From a virus (Duplodnaviria > Caudoviricetes): DNA of 64,000 bases. The notes beneath the pieces are model-generated. The model made no database searches. It saw only the letters and a list, made by a program, of their open reading frames with translations, and was not told the DNA's origin. Position numbers and translations under genes: made by a program. Below are positions 1-8,685 of the stretch, piece after piece; the stretch's first letter is position 1, and each line of letters begins with the position of its first letter. Where the stretch lies: IMG/VR virus record IMGVR_UViG_3300007512_001664, positions 128,001 to 192,000 of that record; one strand, given 5' to 3'.

Positions 1-1
1 A

Positions 2-676
2 CCATACTTAGGAATTAATTTTACTTTTAAAGTTCAACCATCTCCTAAGGGTATAGCTGAAGCACTTATTATAGGTGAAGAATGGCAAGGCGATGACGAT
101 GTATGTTTGATTCTTGGAGATAATATTTTTACTGGTATAAGAAAACCGAAACTTGCGCCACTGGTGCATGCTGGACAGCGATTTGGAAATAAGGCATGTA
201 TTGTGAGCTATAAAGTTTCAAATCCATCGGAATATGGTGTGGTTGATTTAAATTCACATGGCGATGTTATTTCTATACAAGAGAAACCAACCTGCCCTGA
301 TAGTAATTTAGCAGTAACGGGTATTTATTTTTATGATAATACTGCTGGAAAAAGAGCACGTGCATTAAAGCCATCTAAGAGAGGTGAGTTAGAAATTACA
401 GATTTAAATAAAAGTTATTTAGAAGATAACGTATTGGGACATAATACATTAAATAGTAATTATGCTTGGTTTGATACCGGTAATCCTGATGAAATGTTCG
501 CTGCGTCTATGTATGTTAAATCTATACAAGATAGAACTCAAACAATGATTGGATGTATTGAAGGAGAGGCATATAAACAAGGGTTTATTACACGAGATGA
601 GTTTATAAAAATTAAAGATAAGATGCCGATGTGCTCATATAAGGCTAATATGGTTATGAGTTATTGCTTTGATTAA
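2..676 (+). CDS. rmlA: Glucose-1-phosphate thymidylyltransferase (RmlA), 5'-truncated by the window edge
   Basis: The frame is open from position 2 (PYLGINFTFKVQPSPKGIAEALIIGEEW..LILGDN), so the listed start at 107 is internal. RmlA motifs: EYGVV, QEKP, SNLAVTGIYFYD, RGELEITD, WFDTG. Confidence 0.93.
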   Translation, partial: PYLGINFTFKVQPSPKGIAEALIIGEEWQGDDDVCLILGDNIFTGIRKPKLAPLVHAGQRFGNKACIVSYKVSNPSEYGVVDLNSHGDVISIQEKPTCPDSNLAVTGIYFYDNTAGKRARALKPSKRGELEITDLNKSYLEDNVLGHNTLNSNYAWFDTGNPDEMFAASMYVKSIQDRTQTMIGCIEGEAYKQGFITRDEFIKIKDKMPMCSYKANMVMSYCFD

Positions 677-679
677 ATA
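674..679 (+). promoter_or_regulatory. T4-type late promoter core TAAATA
   Basis: TAAATA 5 nt before ATG 685; the gp55 late sigma factor is encoded in the window. Confidence 0.55.
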
Positions 680-684
680 TTTTT

Positions 685-861
685 ATGGACGATAAAAAGC
701 AAAAAGAATTAGCAGAGACTATTGCTGCGTTTGAAGAGAGCGAAAAAATTGCAGCTTTATCAGGGAAGTTAGAAGCTAAAAAAATTACAGTTGCAATTGC
801 ACGTGCTAATCGAAGAGATGGAAAGAAAAGGCCTTGTTGCTCTGTTGATCCTATAAAATAA
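685..861 (+). CDS. Small hypothetical protein (58 aa), not in the ORF track
   Basis: MDDKKQKELAETIAAFEESEK...KRPCCSVDPIK*; fills the gap and follows TAAATA. Confidence 0.6.
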   Translation: MDDKKQKELAETIAAFEESEKIAALSGKLEAKKITVAIARANRRDGKKRPCCSVDPIK

Positions 862-868
862 TAAGACG

Positions 869-961
869 ATGATTAGCAAAAAACAAAAATATGTATGGTG
901 GGTAATTATATTTATTTTTGCCATACTAAACGGTGTAATTATTGGTAAGTATCTATCCTAA
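869..961 (+). CDS. Possible 30-aa single-helix membrane peptide
   Basis: MISKKQKYVWWVIIFIFAILNGVIIGKYLS*: basic N-terminus plus a hydrophobic stretch. Confidence 0.4.
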   Translation: MISKKQKYVWWVIIFIFAILNGVIIGKYLS

Positions 962-964
962 ATA
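959..964 (+). promoter_or_regulatory. Late promoter core TAAATA upstream of the DUF1552 gene
   Basis: TAAATA 5 nt before ATG 970. Confidence 0.55.
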
Positions 965-969
965 ATTCT

Positions 970-2214
970 ATGAACAGGAGGCAGTTTATAGGAGCATTAG
1001 GAGCGTCGTTTGCTTTACCGGGATTGGAGTGTTTCGGTAATGTTTCTGAAGACATAAAAAGATTAGCTGTAGTTTATGTACCTAATGGTATAAACATGCA
1101 CCATTGGACTCCAAGTGCATATGGAGATATAATTGATATACCAAATACTCTATCTCCACTTGAAGCTCATTTAAATGAAACGCAAGTTATTTCTGGTTTA
1201 ACCCACGATAAAGCACGAGCTAATGGTGACGGGGCTGGCGATCATGCTCGAGCAGCTTCTACATTTTTAACTGGAAAGCAAGCTCATAAACATGAATCAA
1301 AAATTAGATCAGGTAAATCTGTTGATCAATACATAGCCGACAAATATAATGGAGTCACTCGATTCGATAGTTTACAAGTTACTGGCAGTAAGGCTCGTTT
1401 AGTAGGTAAATGTGATTCAGGTTATAGTTGTGCTTATCAATATAACTTGTCATGGAAGAATGCTCAACTGCCTATGGCAGCAATGCATGACCCGCAAGAT
1501 ATTTTTAATAGACTTTTTAATGTAAAGACGTTAGAGCAAAAACAATTAGTACATAAAAAATCTATTCTTGATTTTGTATTGGAGGAAAGTAAGACCTTGT
1601 CAGAAAAACTACCTACATCTGATAGAGTTAAGCTTGATGAATATATGTATGCAGTAAGGGAGGTTGAAAAGGACTTACAGACTAGAGAAAGGTTTAAACT
1701 TGATAAAGATTTTGAGCTCGATTTTGAAGTAAATAAAAAATCAAATAAAATAAGACTTTTATATAAGCTTATGCATCTAGCGTTCCTTAATGACACAACA
1801 CGTGTTATAACCTTTCTGACACAACACGATGGTTATAATGGCCCGCATAGAGAGATAGGAATAGCTGATGGTCACCATAGTCTGTCTCATCATCAAAAAG
1901 ATCCTAAAAAATTACATGACCTAGCAATGATAGATTTGTTTAATGTAAGATTGTTTTCTGAGTTTATTACTAAACTTAAAAAAGATAACTTACTAGAAAA
2001 TACAGATGTAATTTATGGTGCAGGTATATCAGACGGAAATAGACATAATCATGATGAATTACCGGTATTATTAGTGGGTGGAAAAAATAAAGGTAAACAT
2101 TTTAGAGTAGAAAAAGAAAAACCAATGTGTGATTTATTTGTAAGTTTGTTGCATAAGCATGGAATAGATATGCACCATTTTGGAGATTCTACGGGAGAGT
2201 TAAATATCGTTTAA
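970..2214 (+). CDS. DUF1552-family protein with twin-arginine (Tat) signal
   Basis: N-terminus MNRRQFIGALGASFALPGL; family-like motifs YVPNG, GDHARAASTFLTG, CDSGYSCAY..NLSW, HHSLSHH, GNRHNHDELP. Confidence 0.82.
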   Translation: MNRRQFIGALGASFALPGLECFGNVSEDIKRLAVVYVPNGINMHHWTPSAYGDIIDIPNTLSPLEAHLNETQVISGLTHDKARANGDGAGDHARAASTFLTGKQAHKHESKIRSGKSVDQYIADKYNGVTRFDSLQVTGSKARLVGKCDSGYSCAYQYNLSWKNAQLPMAAMHDPQDIFNRLFNVKTLEQKQLVHKKSILDFVLEESKTLSEKLPTSDRVKLDEYMYAVREVEKDLQTRERFKLDKDFELDFEVNKKSNKIRLLYKLMHLAFLNDTTRVITFLTQHDGYNGPHREIGIADGHHSLSHHQKDPKKLHDLAMIDLFNVRLFSEFITKLKKDNLLENTDVIYGAGISDGNRHNHDELPVLLVGGKNKGKHFRVEKEKPMCDLFVSLLHKHGIDMHHFGDSTGELNIV

Positions 2215-2798
2215 ATTAACTTTGTTTCTAATCGTGTAAATTCAAAAGTAGCAGAAGAGGTAATTTCTTCTCCTGTAGCATAGTTCCATTTAATTTCAGT
2301 TAATCTAGTAGGGAATGCGCCAATATAGTCCCATTGAATTTTTTTATTTTCATATTCATCTAAACCGTATACTGTTAAATTAGAGGAATATATAGGTAGT
2401 TGTTGGGACGGTGCCATTAATTGTTGAGGTGATTTATATTTTATAATATCATCTTCATTAAAATTGCCAGTTTTAACATCGTTAATAATATCAAGCCATT
2501 TATATATTGCCCAATAGTTATTAAATTCATTATCAATTCTAAAATCTAGATTTAAAGATTCATATGCTGGTCGAGCATGAGAACTGACTTTTATAGTTTG
2601 CGCACCGTATGGTAGTGTTTTTTCTGGTATACTAATGGTAGGTGTTACGGTACCAGCGACACTAATTTCTAAACTATTAGCATCGATTCTATTTGTGTTT
2701 CTGGTTATGTTATCTACAATATTTTTTATACCTTCAGGTAAATTTAAAACCAGTATAAATTTATCATGTCTATTTTTATTAAGTGGTGCTTGATTCAT
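2211..2798 (-). CDS. T4 gp3-like tail completion / tail-tube-fold protein
   Basis: Pattern F.L.L...PTISIP...L.LDF.ID.E..NY..IYKWL...FPT.L.EI.W.Y...ATF resembles gp3/gp19-fold proteins; ATGA-coupled to terminase. Confidence 0.65.
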   Translation of the reverse strand: MNQAPLNKNRHDKFILVLNLPEGIKNIVDNITRNTNRIDANSLEISVAGTVTPTISIPEKTLPYGAQTIKVSSHARPAYESLNLDFRIDNEFNNYWAIYKWLDIINDVKTGNFNEDDIIKYKSPQQLMAPSQQLPIYSSNLTVYGLDEYENKKIQWDYIGAFPTRLTEIKWNYATGEEITSSATFEFTRLETKLI

Positions 2799-4513
2799 AC
2801 TTTAATATATCCTTGTGCTTCTAATTCGTCCATATCTGTATTGTAGTTAGGAGCTCCGTCCTCATTAAAAATATTTATATCTGTAAAATGTACTGAAGGC
2901 GGATTCCAGCTGTCATCAATATTTTGCATTTTATAATCTTGCAAGAAGTTACTAAATTTTTGATCAATATATGGACCTAGTTCGATTTTTGCGGGGCGTT
3001 GATTATCGTCGATTTCTATAACATTATAATATTTTTGTATAACGCTATTTTCTAATATTAATAACGCCCATACCATTGCCATTACTCTGTCGTCAAAATC
3101 AAAGCCAGGCTGAGCAGCCCAAGAACCGTTCGGATACCGTACGAAGTTTTTCATTTCTACGACAGATGTTTTTGATTTTATGTCAACACATTTAATATCG
3201 TTAACCCAATATCTCATATTAGTAATACCCTTATATTTGGTATTAGTATGAGCGTATACTCCTAACCTGTCATATTTAATTTGACCTATTTTAGGGGACC
3301 AATTGACGATACTTCTATAATTATATTGGTGATATAAATTATCTACAACTTGACTACCGCAATTATTTCTTTCAATTAACACAGGAGGTGCTCCCCAGTG
3401 ATAACATATATCTCGAACTTTAGTAGTAAATTCAAACGGATTAATTTCGTTAGATGCATACTCTGCAACTTGTTTTATATGTTGTAAGTCAGTTATATCT
3501 AAGACTTGTATAACGCTATAGTTTTGACCGACACCTTCAGCTACATCAACACCAATAGTATATAAATGATCTTTATCTGGTTCTTCCCACACTCTATAAC
3601 ACCCATCGTCAAATACATATGTCGGTTCAGTTGTATTCGATAATAATTTTTCAAAGAAAATTTCATCAATAAACGAATCTCCTGTATCAAGAAACTTACA
3701 ATCAAATTCTTGAGCGAACGCTTCTTCACTACCTATAGACTTAATAGTGTCTTGTTTCCATTTTTCATCTCTACCGGGAACTTCATGCCATAGTATAGTT
3801 TCTGATTTCCAGTTGTTTACTCCTTTTTCTGCTTCTGTATATAACGTATAAAATAAGTTACCACTACCATTAGGGGTAGATGCTACAAATATTTTAGATT
3901 TTGTTGATGAGGAAATAATTGGATATACTGACTTCCAAAATTCTTCAACAAGATTATTTGGGATAAAAGCTAACTCATCTAGAATTAATACATTTACAGA
4001 TTCACCGCGACCAGCGTCCGAGCTAGTAGTGCTAATACCTATACTACTACCGTTTGCTAATTTCATGGATGTTTTACCATATTCTAAAACCCCGGGTTTA
4101 AGATAGTTCGGTAAATTTTCATATGCGAGTCTAACTCTCGAAAAAATACTAATTGCAGTTTGTTCTTTGTTAGCCACGATTAATATTCGCTGATCGTCCT
4201 GAAAGCAGGCAATCCATAAAGCGTAAATCGTCATCATGGTAGTTTTGCCTGTTTGTCTACTAGCTAAGCAAGCTACAAATCTGTTATCTCTCAGACTACG
4301 TAATACTCTTTTCTGACAAGGGTATAAGTTTATTTTTATTTTACCTCGATCAAGGTTAACAATGTGAAAAAAGTTTTCTGCAAAATAGAGAATGTTCTGT
4401 TTAGCTTTTTTAAGCGATTTGACCATGTCTGGAGTCCATTCATACTCCATGTTAGGGTTAGGTAAATTTGTATTACCTAAATAGAATTTATCGTCTTTTT
4501 TTAGCCTGGGCAC
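2795..4513 (-). CDS. terL: Terminase large subunit (gp17-like)
   Basis: Walker A SRQTGKTT, Walker B LILDELAF, ASTPNG, FAQEFDC, nuclease GVDVAEGVG, IERNNCG, DDRVMA; GTG start. Confidence 0.96.
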   Translation of the reverse strand: MPRLKKDDKFYLGNTNLPNPNMEYEWTPDMVKSLKKAKQNILYFAENFFHIVNLDRGKIKINLYPCQKRVLRSLRDNRFVACLASRQTGKTTMMTIYALWIACFQDDQRILIVANKEQTAISIFSRVRLAYENLPNYLKPGVLEYGKTSMKLANGSSIGISTTSSDAGRGESVNVLILDELAFIPNNLVEEFWKSVYPIISSSTKSKIFVASTPNGSGNLFYTLYTEAEKGVNNWKSETILWHEVPGRDEKWKQDTIKSIGSEEAFAQEFDCKFLDTGDSFIDEIFFEKLLSNTTEPTYVFDDGCYRVWEEPDKDHLYTIGVDVAEGVGQNYSVIQVLDITDLQHIKQVAEYASNEINPFEFTTKVRDICYHWGAPPVLIERNNCGSQVVDNLYHQYNYRSIVNWSPKIGQIKYDRLGVYAHTNTKYKGITNMRYWVNDIKCVDIKSKTSVVEMKNFVRYPNGSWAAQPGFDFDDRVMAMVWALLILENSVIQKYYNVIEIDDNQRPAKIELGPYIDQKFSNFLQDYKMQNIDDSWNPPSVHFTDINIFNEDGAPNYNTDMDELEAQGYIKV

Positions 4514-4525
4514 TATAAATATTTA
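4514..4525. promoter_or_regulatory. Palindromic bidirectional late promoter (TATAAATATTTA)
   Basis: TATAAATA (+) at 4514-4521 is 5 nt before ATG 4527; TAAATA (-) at 4520-4525 is 6 nt before the terminase GTG; the intergenic gap is only 13 bp. Confidence 0.7.
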
Positions 4526-4526
4526 C

Positions 4527-5774
4527 ATGAACAGCAAAGATTTAAACTCTATTAATGAAGCCTTTGCAAATGCTACGGCAAAGGTAGTTGCTGAAGACAC
4601 TGCGAAGACGGAAACTATTCTTGAAGAGGATAGTAAGAAAGTTAATGAAGACCTCGGTCCAGATTTTGGTGATGAAGAGGATTTTGGTGATCCTTCTCGT
4701 CATAGTGGTGATTATTTAGATGATGAGCCATTAGATGTCGGGGATCTAGTAGAGGTTGAGGGTGAGGATGATGATTACGTAGTTATTGATGTTGACGGTG
4801 AGTATCTTAATTTAGCTGCCGTTGGCGACGCAATCGAGGTTAAAAGAGACAGTGTTGTAAAGAAAGAATCAGTTAGAGTTGAAAGAAAGCTAGTCACACT
4901 TAAGGAGAAAAAGAAAATTATGAGTTTTACAAATATAATGGAAGAGTATGAAAGTCGGTTATCTTCAGGTTCAAAAGGCTTTTCGTTAAAAGCTAGATTA
5001 AATGAAGAGGACGGTACGTCATATAAGCAGCCTGATGAAAGTAAGTATAATAAGGTTGACGATAAAACACAACGTCCTGCTGAAGAAACCGATTCAACAA
5101 AGGAGTCACCTACATGTAATGTCGAGGATGATTTGCAAGAGCCTAAAGAAGCAGAAGAAAAAGTTGCTGAAAAGGAAGAGAAAGTTGTTGAGGATAGTAT
5201 AAATAATTCTAACAAAGGTAATATTATGTCAGAAGATAAATCTATATTTGATAAGCTCTACGAGCAAGTTATGAATGAAGACGATGAATTCGGTGCTGAG
5301 TTAGGTCTGCCTAGCCCTGATGATCTCGGGTTTGATGACGACGAAACAGGTGATGAAAACGGTGATGTTACTATCACATTAACTGCCGATCAAGCCGCTG
5401 CCATTCAAGCCGTCGCTGATCAATTAGCTCCAGCCGACGACGACACAGCAGAAGATGAATTTGACGCTGCTGAAGAACCGGAAGAGGGAGTTGCACATGA
5501 AAGTGCAGAGAACGCTGAAACAGTGTCTGAGGGAGATGAAACATCTACTGGAAAGCCGACAGGCGCTGGTGCAAAGACAGGTGTTGATCCTTCTGATGGT
5601 GGTGGTAATGCTACAGATCCAGCTGCTGATAGTTTAGGTGGTAAGTCTACAGGTACGGGTGATGCTAAGGTTACGGACGACGATCCGACAACTGGCAAGC
5701 CGACGACTGATGGTAAAAAGACTGGTGATACCAAGTATGGCAAAGGCCCGTTAAAGGCTAATGCAAAGACATAA
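4527..5774 (+). CDS. Acidic late protein, probable prohead core/internal head protein
   Basis: Very D/E-rich with a G/T/D/K-rich C-terminal region and a KOW/SH3-like segment (VGDLVEVEG); late promoter upstream and terminator downstream. Function is inferred. Confidence 0.55.
   Translation: MNSKDLNSINEAFANATAKVVAEDTAKTETILEEDSKKVNEDLGPDFGDEEDFGDPSRHSGDYLDDEPLDVGDLVEVEGEDDDYVVIDVDGEYLNLAAVGDAIEVKRDSVVKKESVRVERKLVTLKEKKKIMSFTNIMEEYESRLSSGSKGFSLKARLNEEDGTSYKQPDESKYNKVDDKTQRPAEETDSTKESPTCNVEDDLQEPKEAEEKVAEKEEKVVEDSINNSNKGNIMSEDKSIFDKLYEQVMNEDDEFGAELGLPSPDDLGFDDDETGDENGDVTITLTADQAAAIQAVADQLAPADDDTAEDEFDAAEEPEEGVAHESAENAETVSEGDETSTGKPTGAGAKTGVDPSDGGGNATDPAADSLGGKSTGTGDAKVTDDDPTTGKPTTDGKKTGDTKYGKGPLKANAKT
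5198..5205 (+). promoter_or_regulatory. Internal perfect late promoter TATAAATA within the 4527-5774 CDS
   Basis: Followed by AAGG (5215-5218) and an in-frame ATG at 5226. Confidence 0.5.
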
Positions 5775-5797
5775 GATAAATATATAATACCTTTGAT

Positions 5798-5829
5798 AGC
5801 CCTCTACATTAATGTAGGGGGCTTTTTTT
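5798..5829 (+). terminator. Rho-independent terminator
   Basis: AGCCCTCTACATTAATGTAGGGGGCT inverted repeat followed by a T run, 24 nt after the stop at 5774. Confidence 0.85.
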
Positions 5830-5831
5830 AT

Positions 5832-5837
5832 TAAATA
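5832..5837 (+). promoter_or_regulatory. Late promoter core TAAATA
   Basis: Directly after the terminator, 6 nt before ATG 5844. Confidence 0.6.
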
Positions 5838-5843
5838 ATTAAA

Positions 5844-6155
5844 ATGTTATTCACTCGAAAATTTCTTGAAGCTTTAGGGTGTAAGAATTTATACAAATTA
5901 AGAGGGAGTACAGGTTCTGGTAGAACTCGTCAGAACTTATTACCTGCAAGTCATAGGGCTGCCGCTGCTTCATGTCGTACATTAGATAATTTAAAAAAGA
6001 AAAAAACTGGTATATTTCTTTTAAATGATCGAGATGTTCAAACCATAAAAGATATATATGGAATTACAGATCTTGAAGAGAAAGGTTCTAGAAATCTAGG
6101 TAATACCGGAATAACATTGTATATTGATAATAACCGATATTATATTAAAAAGTAA
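5844..6155 (+). CDS. Hypothetical late protein (103 aa)
   Basis: ORF after TAAATA; TAATG-coupled to the gp14-like gene. Confidence 0.7.
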   Translation: MLFTRKFLEALGCKNLYKLRGSTGSGRTRQNLLPASHRAAAASCRTLDNLKKKKTGIFLLNDRDVQTIKDIYGITDLEEKGSRNLGNTGITLYIDNNRYYIKK

Positions 6156-6907
6156 TGGCATCAGCATGGAGTACAGATACAGTTACGGCAGTTAACTATC
6201 ATAGTGACGCTGAGAATATTATTCGGTTTAATAATAAATCGTTAGGCGCTAACGAACGTAATAAGACATATAAAAAATGGTGGAAAGAACAAATACGGTT
6301 ATATGGTACTAACGTTAGTTATTATGTCCGAAAATTTGATTTAGATAAGACTGATAAAGTATATGGCGAAAACCCGCTTCAAGGATACCAGTCTCCTCAG
6401 ACCATGACTATGTTAATGGATTTAACTGACGGTGCAGTAACATATTCTCAATACGGTTTAGTATCTGATGATGAATTAACAGCAGTAATAGATATTGAAA
6501 CTTACCAGCAAACTCTTTCTTCTTATTATCACTCCTCTGGTTATACCGGTACTTTAAGTGCTATGCCTAACGCTGGAGATGTATTTCAATTAACCGAATA
6601 CGGTTCAATTGACCGACCTGGAGGAAAGGACGGAAAGATATTTGAAATCACAGAACGTATGGATCAAATGGTTAATGAGATTAACCAGCTTCAAGGTCAT
6701 TATGTGTTTAGACTTAGAGCTCGGAGAAATGATCATACGTTCTTACCAGGATTACCTGCTGAGGCTAAATCTACTCAAGTTGCCGATCAATCTGGTACTG
6801 GTTCTTTAACGGCTATTGATACAGATTATATTAATGATTTGGATACAGAACAATCAACTTATTTTGATTATGGATCTAACGACGATGTGTACGGTGACTA
6901 TTACTAA
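6155..6907 (+). CDS. Neck / head-closure protein, T4 gp14-like
   Basis: EQIRLYG..V.YY.R...DKVYGE...SQYGL..DDELT..I...P.AGDVF...IFEITE resembles gp14. Confidence 0.75.
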   Translation: MASAWSTDTVTAVNYHSDAENIIRFNNKSLGANERNKTYKKWWKEQIRLYGTNVSYYVRKFDLDKTDKVYGENPLQGYQSPQTMTMLMDLTDGAVTYSQYGLVSDDELTAVIDIETYQQTLSSYYHSSGYTGTLSAMPNAGDVFQLTEYGSIDRPGGKDGKIFEITERMDQMVNEINQLQGHYVFRLRARRNDHTFLPGLPAEAKSTQVADQSGTGSLTAIDTDYINDLDTEQSTYFDYGSNDDVYGDYY

Positions 6908-7097
6908 ATTCATATTCAACGTCTTTTAATACTGAAGGGTATCTTTCGTTAATATATTTGTTAATTGGTATTGGCTTTAAGCAATCTTTTCCTCGACCGA
7001 TTTGGTCGGCTTTCTCTGAAATAATATTAACAGCTTCAAATAAGCACAACCATCTTGCTAGTTGTGAGTAGTCTTTCGTGGGTTTTTTATTTATCAT
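6876..7097 (-). CDS. Hypothetical protein (73 aa)
   Basis: Last ORF of a coupled minus-strand trio. Confidence 0.6.
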   Translation of the reverse strand: MINKKPTKDYSQLARWLCLFEAVNIISEKADQIGRGKDCLKPIPINKYINERYPSVLKDVEYEFSNSHRTHRR

Positions 7098-7494
7098 AAA
7101 TCATTGTCCCAGTGTCCGGGAAATTCGTCGGTAATATAGTACTGATATCAATTTGTATTTTATTAAGTGTGCTACAATCTTCACAATTAAATTCATTTTC
7201 TTCAGTTAATTTTACATATACGTTATTCATTTTCTTACATGCCTGACACTCAGCTAAAATTCGATTTTGTTCAGCTAATTGAGATAATTGAAGAGCTTCT
7301 TTTTCTAGGTTTAACCGAGCGATATATCTAAGAACATTATTGTAAATAAAAAAGAATAATATTTGTATTCCGGTTGTACCGATCGCAACTTTTATAAATG
7401 TTATAAGAGAAGGGTAAAATAATGTCGCTATACTACTTATTGAAAGTGAAATTAAAGAAACAATTAATATACTTTTAACTATCTGTCTCGTCAT
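7087..7494 (-). CDS. Membrane protein with C-terminal zinc ribbon
   Basis: Two N-terminal hydrophobic helices; CQAC...CEDC. Confidence 0.7.
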   Translation of the reverse strand: MTRQIVKSILIVSLISLSISSIATLFYPSLITFIKVAIGTTGIQILFFFIYNNVLRYIARLNLEKEALQLSQLAEQNRILAECQACKKMNNVYVKLTEENEFNCEDCSTLNKIQIDISTILPTNFPDTGTMIYDK

Positions 7495-7840
7495 GATCTA
7501 AATCTTCCGACACAGATTTTATAAGATCCTGAATTTTTTGCAACTTTAAATTTGCGGATTTTACAATTTTTTCGTCTAAGTGCACAGAAGGATTTTCAAA
7601 AAGCTGATTTAATAAGTAAGTAGCGTCAGATATGTTTGTGAATGCGCTACCGAGTTGCTCGATTAAATGATCACCAGGAAAAGGAACAAGGTCAGCTGAA
7701 ATTTGATTATACGTCGCAGGACTAGCTTTTGCAATATCATCTAATGTTTTTGTAGTGGGTCGAACATGTCTAGACTTTACGTCTTTCCAGTACTTGTTAG
7801 TGTACTTATATAAATCTTCAAAAAGTATGCCTTTCATCAT
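7475..7840 (-). CDS. Hypothetical late protein
   Basis: Preceded by a minus-strand TAAATA (7844-7849). Confidence 0.7.
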   Translation of the reverse strand: MMKGILFEDLYKYTNKYWKDVKSRHVRPTTKTLDDIAKASPATYNQISADLVPFPGDHLIEQLGSAFTNISDATYLLNQLFENPSVHLDEKIVKSANLKLQKIQDLIKSVSEDLDHDETDS

Positions 7841-7843
7841 AAG

Positions 7844-7856
7844 TATTTAATAAATA
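7844..7856. promoter_or_regulatory. Back-to-back late promoter cores
   Basis: TAAATA (-) at 7844-7849 and TAAATA (+) at 7851-7856 within a 21-bp divergent gap. Confidence 0.6.
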
Positions 7857-7861
7857 ATTAC

Positions 7862-8272
7862 ATGGGAAAGTTTGAAAATAGGTTTTTATCTTTACTTTCA
7901 GAAGATGAACCAGGTCCGCCAATACCTGCTCCAGCGATTGATGCTGCACCAGAAGATGATAAAGAGTCTTTCGCAAATGCTTTAGATGAACCAGGTCATG
8001 CAGCTGATTTCGAGGACGTAATAGATCAAAACCCCAATGAACAGGAAGAACTTAAAGATCTACAAGAGTGGATTACGAACATTGATGATGTATTACAATA
8101 CCTTAACGGCGGTGTTAATAGTGTATTAGGGAAGTTAAGAAACGATAATAAAGTAGGTACTATTTTCGCTGATGTTTCTGATTCAACAAAAAATGAAATT
8201 TTAGATGTATGTGAAAGATTGGCAGGTTTACATCAAATTTTAAAGAACCTTTATATAGAAAAGCATAAATAA
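7862..8272 (+). CDS. Hypothetical acidic late protein
   Basis: MGKFENRFLSLLSED, Pro/acidic linker, helical C-terminus. Confidence 0.75.
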   Translation: MGKFENRFLSLLSEDEPGPPIPAPAIDAAPEDDKESFANALDEPGHAADFEDVIDQNPNEQEELKDLQEWITNIDDVLQYLNGGVNSVLGKLRNDNKVGTIFADVSDSTKNEILDVCERLAGLHQILKNLYIEKHK

Positions 8273-8280
8273 TTAATATT

Positions 8281-8685
8281 ATGGCAACACGAGCAGAATT
8301 ACAAAAAGCAGTAGACGACACAATAGATGCAGCTAAGCTAGCGCGAGCCGAGTGGAAGGCGTTTGATCCAGTCGACCAGGCCAACCCAACCAGCGAAGAG
8401 CAAGATAAATCTGATGCGTTAGAAAGAGTGTATAGAGATGCAAAGAGTGCTAGAAAGAATGCTGATAAAGCATTAGCTGCTTTTGATGCCGAAAATACTG
8501 AAGTTTTCTCTGAACCAGAGCCAAAACCAGAGCCAAAACCAGCGCCAAAGCCAGCTGATAAAGCAGGTTATGCGTCTGAATTAGATAAAAAATGGGCGGT
8601 TTACATAGCTGGTGATAGAGCATTAACTGACAAGGCATGGGCCGATGAAATAGCTGGACCACGGCCTGCAGGTTGGGGTGAATAA
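8281..8685 (+). CDS. Hypothetical protein with EPKP repeat linker
   Basis: TAAATA at 8266-8271; EPEPKPEPKPAPKPA encoded by near-tandem 12-nt repeats around 8515-8555. Confidence 0.75.
   Translation: MATRAELQKAVDDTIDAAKLARAEWKAFDPVDQANPTSEEQDKSDALERVYRDAKSARKNADKALAAFDAENTEVFSEPEPKPEPKPAPKPADKAGYASELDKKWAVYIAGDRALTDKAWADEIAGPRPAGWGE

Noticed and set aside
4527-5774. Calling the acidic protein gp22 scaffold
   Set aside because: No portal, protease or major capsid gene is adjacent and there is no recognisable gp22 motif; kept as a putative core protein
5777-5782. TAAATA just before the terminator hairpin, which could suggest a small RNA
   Set aside because: It would give a transcript of only about 40 nt consisting of the terminator itself; the motif is expected by chance in AT-rich DNA
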